Of a stretch of 64,000 bases of DNA, positions 53,371 to 64,000 are shown piece by piece; the stretch's first letter is position 1, and the number at the start of each line of letters is the position of its first letter. Source of the stretch: the human T2T-CHM13v2.0 reference genome, Homo sapiens. The DNA is taken from NCBI RefSeq assembly GCF_009914755.1, contig NC_060934.1; one strand, 5' to 3'. The position numbers and the translations under genes are program-made. Below the pieces are notes generated by a model. The model saw nothing but the letters and a program-made list of their open reading frames with translations, did not search any database and had not been told where the DNA came from.

Positions 53371-53704
53371 AAACCAGAGAAAAAAATTAAAATTCTCCAC
53401 TTATCTTGAAGTACTTATAGGGTAGTAATGTGTGTTGTTTTTGTTTGATATTAGAGGGGGCTAAAAAAAATACATTCCTGGGATGAGGAGACACTGAAAA
53501 AGTCATTTTGTTTATTCTCCTGTCTCAAGGTAAGAGTATACTAAAAACAAACTAAGCCGATATTTATTTGACTTATTAAAACAACTTTAAAAATTACAAA
53601 AGTGACATATTTCATTAATGGACAAAATATAGGGAAAGAAAAAGAAGATAATAAAATCATCTATAATTTCATTACTCAAACTATTATTTTTATGTATATA
53701 TGTG

Positions 53705-53960
53705 AGAGAGGCAGCAGAAAGGTACAGAGTGTGGGGTCTGGATAAAACTAACTGGGCTGGTTTCAATTCCAGCTTCTTCACTCAGTAACTGTATGACCTT
53801 GGAGAAGTTATTTAATCTCCTCACACCTCCATTTCTTCATCTTTACAATGGGAAGTATTAATAGAATTCATTTAATTACTATAATATGACAAGTTATCAC
53901 ATGAAACTGTTGAGAACTGTTTCTGGTACATACTAAGTGGCCAATACATGTTAACTGCAT
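53705..53960 (+). mobile_element. MIR SINE
   Basis: actgtatgaccttggagaagttatttaatctcc...ctccatttcttcatctttacaatggga. Confidence 0.85.
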
Positions 53961-54144
53961 TATAATTCTATTTTTAGTGGAAGTATAGTTAACATTGTCT
54001 TATAGGAGTAAAAAGTTATTAAGAATTTAGGAGTGAGAGAAGTGGGTTAAAGGAATAGCTTTGAAACATATTCTGAGGAAAAGGCTGATAAGACTTGGCA
54101 AAGAGAGTCAGGAGTTGAGTCTGGTGTTGTGCTGTCTGTTGAGG

Positions 54145-54855
<711 letters not shown>

Positions 54856-55287
54856 AAGTTAGACAACTCAAAATTCAATCAAATTGTAGAATATCAACAT
54901 TTAGTCTTGTAGCCATGTTCTCTTTGGCCCTGATTTCAAGAATGAGGTTATAATACTATATCTAGTTATATATTATATAGCTCTCTATATAAATATAACA
55001 TATACAATAAATTTATTATATAATATATATAATATAACCTGTTCTTAAAAACTGAATAATCCAGGGCCAATTTTTCTATTCTGTTGTGATAACTCAAGTG
55101 TGCATTTTAAGTTAGTCACCACCTATGATTCATTGTAAAGCATACTCAATTTTAAAACACATCCTGTCCTGAAGAAACTTGCTTGAACTTTGTCAATGTC
55201 ATAGGTTTGTGCTCAGAATCTATTTCTTGAAGTGGATTTTAGGACTAGAAGAGCAATCATAACTGTTGAAGGTAAGAACTCTGTAAG

Positions 55288-56004
<717 letters not shown>

Positions 56005-56170
56005 TTAGAAGTGAACATCCTATTCCATGTGACCTGCAGCTAGCCCCTATGGTGTTGGGATGCAAGGAAGTGGTATGTGCATGCATAAACAGTAGTTAAA
56101 GGAAAGTGAAATCCAAATATTCAGGGCTTAGAAATGTAGCTCCATTATCACAGAAGACAAATGTGTATAG

Positions 56171-56862
56171 TGTTACAGGTAGTTAGATAGGGATGAGTGA
56201 GGCGGGAGAGGGCTCTTCCCCCACCCACTAGGAATGTCAGGTGATGGTTCAACAATTATCACACTGCCTCGCTAAAAATGACAACTCAGTAGGGAGTGCT
56301 AGGGCACCAGAGAGAGACAATCTCCTGATGATCCACAGCTATTAACATTAAAGTGTTAACGGAATAGAGATGCCAGGGAGAAGAAACTTCCGGGGCATGC
56401 ATGTTAACATACAAAATAGAGAAGTATGATCTTCCAGGGACACTTCACCAGAAAAGGGAAGAAAGCCTCAGATGGGCATACGAGCAACTTCCTAAACATA
56501 CTACCGCATGCTCAGTTCCCAAGGGTAAAGAGGAGACTGCGCATGCGGGAAGCCCACCCTAAGGGAAGAATCATGGAAAAGAACTGAGCCAAAAAGTCCT
56601 AGGAGACCAAGGTTAAATGCTCTCTTTGACCTTCAGACGCCTTTTTGGATCTCTTCCAAGTGAACTTTCCTTTCTTTCCTGTTCTACAGCCTTTAAAAAA
56701 AAAACTTCCACTCTTGCTCTGAAACTCACTTCGGTCTTGTTCTGCCTTGTGCTCCTCAGTAGAATTCTTTCTTCTCAGGAGGCAAAAATTGAAGTTGCTG
56801 CAGACGCATTAAGATACACTGCTGATAACCTGGGGAAACTCCGATACCAGCCACCAGTAACA
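56171..56862 (+). mobile_element. MER50-like ERV1 solo LTR
   Basis: tgttacaggtagttag...ccagtaaca with terminal inverted tgttac/gtaaca; perfect TSD tatag (56166-56170 / 56863-56867). Confidence 0.88.
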
Positions 56863-57429
56863 TATAGTATGGGAAAATATAGTGGTCAAAGAACATGACC
56901 TCTGACAACACATTGCACAGTCCTTTGATATCCTGAGTTCACTTGACAGCTGAGTTGAAGAATCTACTTCTCTCTGTTCTGTTGTTCTTCTCTCTTCTCT
57001 TGGTGACTATTAAAAGTGGATTCAGAATAGACATTGTTTATAGCGTAGCTGAGGGAATGATAATGAAGTTGCACATAAAACTTTATCATGTTCATCCTCT
57101 GCCTCATATTTTTCCAAGTTTCATACTACCTATAGCTACCTGATATACTGCATGAAGTGACAGATCATATCATTTGGTAGTGACATGTTCTTTTATTTAT
57201 AAATCTACCTGATAGGGAAAAGCAGCACTCACATTCTACTTTCTATTATATTTGCCTCGAGCTTAGTTGACATGCTTGTATGATTATTTTTCCAGAAGAA
57301 TGTTAAAATAAAATTTTTAGTTTTAAAGCAAAATATATTAGTAAGTGTTGGGTTTTAAGGAAATTTAACAAATATCATTCCTGATGGGAGCAACACATTT
57401 AAGCAGATGGTAATAAATAATATCATCCT

Positions 57430-57779
57430 TGCTATGCATGGTAGCTCACACCTGCAATCCCAGCACTTTGGGAGGCCAAGACAGGAGGATTGCTTGAGCC
57501 CAGGAGTTGGAGACCAGCCTGGGCAACTTAGTGAGAAATCATCTCTAATTAGAAAAAAAGAAAAAGAAAATGAAAAAATTATATGGCCATGGTAGTGCAC
57601 ACATGTAGTCCCAGCTACTCTACTACTCAGGAGACTGAGGTGGGAGGATATCACTTGAGCCCAGGAGTTCAAGGCTGCAATGAGCCATGATTGCACCACT
57701 GCACTCTAGCCTGGGCAACAGAATGAGACTCTGTCAAAAAAAAAAACAAAAAAAAAAACACACACACACACACAAAAAA
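57430..57779 (+). mobile_element. AluJ (Jo/Jr-like) with A/(CA)n tail
   Basis: ggaggattgcttgagcccaggagtt and aggagttcaaggctgcaatgagccatgattgc J diagnostics. Confidence 0.93.
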
Positions 57780-57972
57780 TCGCCTATATTGCAAGCAAAG
57801 GTCAGATGAAAAACCATGGGTTAGATGTTATAAAATAATGAGTTTTCTAAAACTAGATCCCATAATTAGACATACCTAGCCAGTTACTGACATTGCTGGA
57901 AAACCATAGGTGTCTGGAAGCATAGCCAATTTGCTGTTGAGTTTATTGCAGATAACATGCCATATATTATAT

Positions 57973-58007
57973 GATAAACAGCATAGATAAACAGCATAGA
58001 TAAACAG
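57973..58007 (+). repeat. 13-bp tandem repeat (gataaacagcata) x2.7
   Basis: Read directly; units start at 57973, 57986 and 57999. Confidence 0.9.
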
Positions 58008-58629
58008 ATGCCAAACAGAGAGAAAGGGAAGATGTGGGGGTCACTTATGCCCATTTTCTTAGCCAAAATTCACTCCTCAAACAATATACTCTTCCTTCCA
58101 TGGGTAAGTGAGGTGGCTAATAGATGGCAGGCATGTGACACTAATGAATATTCCCTCCATATTGGAGGACAAAAGAGCAGAACTATGGTTTCTCTTTCAA
58201 CAGTTGAAATATAAAATAAATATACATTGCACTTATGTTTAAATTTTGAGTGCCTTTAAATACTTATGTCTTTTTACCAATAAAATAAAATTGTATCTCT
58301 AAATTAAGTCAGGTTACATGACCTTAAAAATTACTTAAAATATGTTTGTTAAACTATTTAGGCCTGCCACTTATATTGAGTTTCACTTTTATCAAATTTT
58401 GATTCTTTATGGTTCATGATAGTTTAGGTCTTCTTTTTATTCCTCTTGAATCATTTGTAATTTATGTTTTCCTAAATATTACCACACCATCTTGATCATA
58501 AAATTTATTGGCATAGAATTGTACATAATATTTTTCCATAATTCTTTTAATCTCTTCATATCTCTGGTCCCTTGTTCACATTTTTATCTTGACTTACACT
58601 TATTTACAAATTCTATAAACTAAATGCCA

Positions 58630-58705
58630 TTTGCTTTATTCTTCTGTGTATTCTCAGTGTCTAGACCTTGGTGCAGGGTAGGGACTTAATACACATTTGT
58701 TGACT
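58630..58705 (+). mobile_element. L2 3' terminus
   Basis: ctgtgtattctcagtgtctagaccttggtgcagggtagggacttaatacacatttgttga. Confidence 0.7.
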
Positions 58706-59414
58706 ATATTTGTTTTCAAAACTATATTCTAGCATCAGTTAAAAAAGATGAGACAAGTTTGTTCTGTATGCTTTGGCATTGGCAAGGCTCTTATAAAAGA
58801 AACATAAGATTTCACGCTGATTATTCATCCTACGTTGTATACCTGCCAAGTACTATTGTTAAAGGCAAAAATAATTCTAGCAATAGGGATGTTGTATGAG
58901 AAAATGGACTTGATGATAAAATATTTATGAAACCACTACAATTGTGACAATACAAATAATTTATTTTGTTGTCTGCTTCATGTATTGGTGTTGAGAATAG
59001 AGCTGGCATACATGTGGAACATTTTTCTTTCTACCTTTCATTGAGAATGTTAAAATGAAAGTCACCCAATGTTTTATCTCAAATATGCAAGTTGTCTTGT
59101 GGAATCATAGTCTGAATACACTAGGTATGTTTTTCATATTTCCCTTCTCCGTGTTTTTCTTGTTGATACCATTTTCTTACTATCCACTCTTTCCTTTAAA
59201 CCATAATTTGGGATTCCAGTTGGTAAAAAAAATTAGGGTAGGAAGGGGTTGTCGTTAATCTACCAGAGTGATGAGAAGTAGAAAGAAAGAAAAAAGGAAA
59301 AATTGACTTAAAAATCCCAGATCACTTAAAATTGAGTGCTAAGTGTCTCCCATAGACATGCAGGTGTATAAAAGGCTGATCCTAAAGTGCTACAGATCAG
59401 GAACTGTAGGTGAG

Positions 59415-60125
59415 ATCCATAATTAGTTTTATTGTGGTATGAGTTATATGTTATTATATTTGAGTTCTAAACTCACCTTCCATTCTCTACTTTTTGAGAT
59501 TGGAGCTGGGGCTCTTCACTTTACATTTCTGCATTATTCCATGGCTCTGTGTAAGACCCTCTAGAAGAGCAGCCAAGCAGAGACAGCAAGGCTGGTGGAA
59601 GGAGATGAGACTTGCTTTCTCCTGTCGGTTTCTTGTGGAATTCCTGTCTGTCTCATGCGGAATTCCTGTCTGTCTGTGGTCTCTGTTCACGCATCGGCAG
59701 CGCTTCTTCATTGCAGTAGCTGAATCCAATTTGCAGTTTTTATAACATCTTCAAGAACAGCCTCATTTTTCTCCATTCCATATAAACCAGCACCAGCCAA
59801 ACAATGGTTTCTCTGTAAGCTGTAAGGGGCCCCATATAAATACACATTTTAATAATTCCAATCTCTTTCCTTTATTCCCTCTACCGTAGGAGTGGTTTCT
59901 ACTTCCCATAGTTGCTACCTTCGTGATACTTTACATTTCTCTTAGATACCTAAATAACAACTTTATGCAAAGTTTAAAGTTTTTTCATACTAAATTCTGC
60001 CTATTAAACATAAGTAGGAATATAGAAATTCCTTGTAAAATAAAATGTAAAAAAATCAAATTATCTCTGTTTATATGATTGCTATGATTTTTTTTTTCTT
60101 CTTAATGGACCCTGACTAATAGAAA
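59415..60125 (+). mobile_element. Old ERVL LTR (LTR33/41/50/52-like)
   Basis: ttttgagattggagctgggg...gcaaggctggtggaagg...tagctgaatccaatttgcag...ggaccctgactaataga terminus; subfamily uncertain. Confidence 0.6.
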
Positions 60126-60194
60126 CACCAGTACAGCTGTTAAGGGAATTTATCTATCACTTTATTTGTTTTAATTATATCATGAGCCATCTTG

Positions 60195-60395
60195 TTGTGA
60201 TGAATATGTGGATTTCAGAGTCGGATAAATCAGGCTCCACTAATTCCATGGAGTGAGATTTTGGGAGGGTTATCTTAACCTGCCTGAGCTTCAGTCTCCT
60301 CAACTGAAAATAATATCTACCTCATAGGTCTATGAGGATTAAGTAGGATGATGTTTGCAAATCATGCAGGATATGCTCAGTAAATGGTACAGATA
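60195..60395 (+). mobile_element. MIR SINE
   Basis: ttatcttaacctgcctgagcttcagtctcctcaactgaaaa...tctacctcatagg...tatgaggattaag. Confidence 0.8.
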
Positions 60396-60457
60396 ATCTT
60401 AGTGATGAAGATTGTGATCAAGGAACAGTGGTAAGTTTCAAATAATCAGAAGTGAAA

Positions 60458-61211
60458 CTTGTTTTTGACTTTTATTTTAGGTTCAGGGATTGATATGGTT
60501 TTGCTGTGTCCCCACCCAAATCTCATCTTGAATTGTAACTCCCACAATTCCCACATGCTGTAGGAGGAACCCAGTGAGAGGTGATTGAATTATGGGGCGG
60601 GTCTTTTCTGTGCTGTTCTTGTGATAGCAAATGAATCTCATTAGATCTGTTGGTTTTAAAAACAGGAGTTTCCCTGCACAAGCTCTCTCTTTGCCTGCCA
60701 TCCACTTGATCTGTGACTTGCTCCTTCTTGCCTTTTGCCATGATTGTGAAGCCTCCCCAGCCATGTGGAACTGTAAGTCCAATTAAACTTCTTTCTCTTG
60801 TAAATTGCCCAGTCTTGGGTGTGTTTTTATTAGCAGCATGAAAACGGACTAATACATGGGTACATGTGCAGGTTTGTTATATATGCAAATTGTATGTCAT
60901 GGGGATTTGATGTACAAATTATTTCATCACTCAGGTAATAAGCATTGTACCTGATAGGTAATTTTTTAATCCTCACTTTACTCCCACCCTCTACCCTCAA
61001 ATAGGCCCTGGTGTCTTTTTTTCCCTACTTTGGTCCATGTGTATTCAATGTTTAGCTCCCATTGTAAGTGAGAACATGCAGTATTTGGTTTTCTATTCCT
61101 GTATTAGTTTGCTTAAGATAATGGCCTATGGCCTACAAGCTTCATCCTTGTTGCTACAAAGAAAATGATCTCTCACACTTTTTAATGGCTGTATAGTATT
61201 CTATGGTGTAC
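60458..61211 (-). mobile_element. L1PA (L1PA15/16-like) 3' end split by THE1
   Basis: ttttattttaggttcaggg | gtacatgtgcaggtttgtta...gtaagtgagaacatgcagtatttggttttc. Confidence 0.92.
60491..60856 (+). mobile_element. THE1B-like MaLR solo LTR nested in L1
   Basis: tgatatggttttgctgtgtccccacccaaatctcatcttgaattgtaactcccacaattccc...aaaacggactaataca; degenerate 5-bp TSD gggat / tgggt. Confidence 0.95.
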
Positions 61212-61649
61212 CAGATTTAAGCTTTTCAATCTAGTTTAATAGCTTTAAGACCTAAAATTCTAAAATCTGGAGGTATTAAGTGATATATCAAAGTTACAAA
61301 ATTAGTGACAAACCTCAGACTCCTGATTTTACCTAGAAACTTTGATTATACCCAGAAATTTTGATCATACTTGTCCACCAGAATCTCCCCAGTAACATGT
61401 CATTTCATTCAATTTTATTATTCCATAGTGGAACCCTGACAGATAACACCAAGTTAAACATTGACTGAGTTAATTTTCAAGGATCGCAATGTTGTATAGG
61501 GAAGTAAAAGTAAATCATGAAATTTATAAAAATAAAAACAAATTACTTTAATGATAAAAGTAATTTTCCAAGGGGGAGTTTGCATTTACACATTATGTGC
61601 AGATAATTTCTTTTTCAGAGAAGTATTTCAGGAGTATTTTGTTTAGATA

Positions 61650-61850
61650 ATAAACTTGGCATCAGACTGCTTGGGCTCAAATCTAGACAATACCCTTGCT
61701 AGCTCTGTAAACTTGGGTGATTTACATAACTTTACCATGTCTCAGTTCTCTAATTTATAAAATGAGGATAGGCAGTTTCTAACATGTGGTTTTAGGAGGG
61801 TTATTACAAAGAAATCAGTTAGAACATTACTTGTCATACTGAAGAAAATG
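61650..61850 (+). mobile_element. MIR SINE
   Basis: catcagactgcttgggctcaaatc...tagctctgtaaacttgggtgatttac...tctcagttctctaatttataaaatgaggata. Confidence 0.8.
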
Positions 61851-62884
61851 AGTTCTCTTTTTTATCAAATTTAACATTCTTTCATATAGGAAGAGGTCCC
61901 TGAAAATATTTCATGTTCTTGTCCTTTTTTGCACTAAAAAATACATAGCTTTAGTTTTCAGGAAACTTCAAGTAATTACTTTTTTAAAAATTACTTTCAC
62001 TACTTGTAATTTGTAAAACACCAGGCCAGCACCTGAAATACAACTGCCACTTTTCTGCCATCTCCTAGCACCACACTGTAATAACTCTGAATTATATAGG
62101 ATTGGAATTATATATGAAGTGTTCCTCAATAATTAAACTTTGTCCTGTAGTTAAAACAGACATTCAGGTGAATTGGAGTGTGAAGAATTGTCTGGTCCAC
62201 TAAATTAGCCTGGTGCTATCTGTTTCTTATCCTCTTTACTTGAAATTTTCTATGTGATACCCCTTGACTAAGAAATAATCATTCCTAGTAAGAGGAAATT
62301 GATCACAAACATGTTCTACTTGTGAGGAAAACAATAGAAACAAAAACTCAGTTAATAGTGAACTACATCTTGGGGAAAATACATTCAATTGCTTTGACCA
62401 CCATAAACGAATCTGGATGGAATTCTGACTTATCTTTGGAAAGATGGTTGATCTTAGCTTAATCACAAAAAGGAAGACAGTGATAAAAGAGTGGGGGGAA
62501 TGCTGAAATGAGTTTTTCCAGAGCACAGAAGTAGGTAAAGTTGATTGATAGCTAGTGCTACTCTCAGTGTAAGTTTCCATCAATATAATTAAATTAAAAG
62601 TGAAGAGTTGGTTTGGAATTTTCTCATCACTTCTCAAAATCACAAGGGCATCTGTTAACAAAGCTGCTTTTTTACACACAAGAAACTTCAAGGGAATTGA
62701 AACAAATAAGACCAGAATTATGAGACTATCGAACTCTTTTGTCTTCATTGTATTTCATCAAGTCTCTGTTTTAAAGCAATGAAGTAACAATATAAGGGTT
62801 ACATTTCAGATGAGTAGGCACTCTGAGAGTTTTTATCTGATTTTGGATTTAACCAAACAACTTACAAGTCATTTAGAAACTAAA

Positions 62885-62965
62885 TTCCTTCCATTCATTC
62901 AAAAAACATTAATTAAGCACCCATTATGTTTCAGGCTAGGTGCTGTGGATACAGAATAAGAAAAT
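62885..62965 (-). mobile_element. L2 3' terminus
   Basis: ttccattcattcaaaaaacattaattaagcacccattatgtttcaggctaggtgctgtggatacag. Confidence 0.75.
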
Positions 62966-63219
62966 ATTTAGAAAATTTTTATTGATAGTTTAGAAAGATG
63001 CAATATGTAATCTCTTAGAAATGTGAGCTTCTGTCATTGGGTACAATAAAACATAAAACTATCTCTACAAGAACAAAATGAGAGAATAAAGCAAAATAGC
63101 AATATATGAGAGAAAATTACAGGTATTCATTGACTATCACTTTGCTGTAAGTCAATGGTGGGGTGAAGTTACCTAAAATTTAATATGATTTTAGGGTGAG
63201 TTAGGTTGTCAGTAGCAGC

Positions 63220-63291
63220 TTCCTGGTGGTCTCGTGGTTAGGATTTGGTGATCTCACTGCTACACCCCAGGTTAGATTCCAAGTCAAGGAA
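63220..63291 (+). pseudogene. tRNA-Glu(CTC) pseudogene
   Basis: Ungapped 72-nt alignment to recalled mammalian tRNA-Glu-CTC (TCCCTGGTGGTCTAGTGG...GGTCAGGGAA), 57/72 identical; anticodon CTC at 63253-63255; B-box GGTTCGA mutated to GGTTAGA. Confidence 0.92.
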
Positions 63292-63639
63292 ATCTTTCTT
63301 GAAAAGAAGTCAAGAGAATGTTGTAATAGTTTTCTCCTTGATTAGATTACACTGTGGGATGAAAACACAGCTAAGTAATTCATTTGATTCTATGTTTTCT
63401 ACTTTAAGAAGAATCATGTCAATATATGAGTCGAACATTGCAACTACTATAACTGAGCAAAACTTAAGAGACTTGTGAAAGGTAAAAATGTGTGCCCTAA
63501 TATTTTTGCCCTATGTGAAAGAGTGATTGAACTTCATTGACTCTTGAGGGCAGACAAGAAATAATGAGATAAATTTATAGCAGTAGCTAATGTTGAGCTT
63601 AGCTACTTTTTTTTTTTTTTTCTCAGAATTGAGGCAACA

Positions 63640-64000
63640 CTTCAGCTGCTGGGAATGATCTTCTGCAAGGACCTTCTGCTCCTTTGTAATCTTCCTAAGC
63701 TGAATACAGTCTCTTCACCCAAGAGTAAGTCCCCTCCCTGGGGATAGCTCAAGTCTAATGGTCAGTTGGTAAGGTAAGTAGAACCCTCCCATGTTCTTTT
63801 GCTCAAGGCAGGGCAACTTAAAAGGCCTATTTTAGCTCCAAATGTCCATAATAGAGGCCTCTTGCAACCACAGCTAAACTCCTGCCACTGCCCAGTCCTA
63901 CTTCCTTCACTCCCCCAGACTTGTTGATGTAGGGGTTACCTTTCAGTAAACCTGTACACAAATCTCCATCTCAGAGTCTATTTCTGGGAATCTAGCTTAA
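63640..64000 (+). mobile_element. LTR16-like ERVL LTR
   Basis: ctgcccagtcctacttccttcactcccc...cagtaaacctgtacacaaatctccatctcagagtctatttctgggaatctagcttaa. Confidence 0.8.

Noticed and set aside
59367-59415. Second TATAAAAG followed by TAG|GTGAGA
   Set aside because: Implied first exon is only ~15 nt, and the octamer is expected several times by chance in this AT-rich window.
59637-59675. 17-bp direct repeat ggaattcctgtctgtct
   Set aside because: Two-copy local duplication inside an LTR; not an array.

Overview
Primate (very probably human) AT-rich, CpG-poor non-coding DNA, about half of it recognisable transposable elements. It holds a near-full-length old L1 (L1PB-type, minus strand, 1-~6570) with a nested MER4-type LTR and an Alu, several truncated L1s, 9 Alu dimers plus a monomer, solo LTRs of the ERV1, ERVK, ERVL and MaLR classes, Tigger and Charlie DNA-transposon relics, MIR/L2, and a decayed tRNA-Glu(CTC) copy. 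No protein-coding gene can be supported: the longer ORFs are mostly L1 remnants or antisense/chance frames in repeats. I found no confident new multi-gene system. The best leads are: an Alu whose 17-bp target-site duplication (TSD) encloses extra flanking DNA (apparent Alu 3' transduction, 7116-7517); a circularly permuted Tigger7/MER44 (49845-50178); an inverted L1 insertion inside an MLT1 LTR; an adjacent hairpin plus tandem duplication; a 39-bp direct repeat bracketing unique DNA; and a TATA/first-exon/acceptor arrangement at 37.4-38.4 kb that could be an unannotated spliced transcript. Repeat subfamily names come from recalled consensus sequences and need RepeatMasker/Dfam confirmation.
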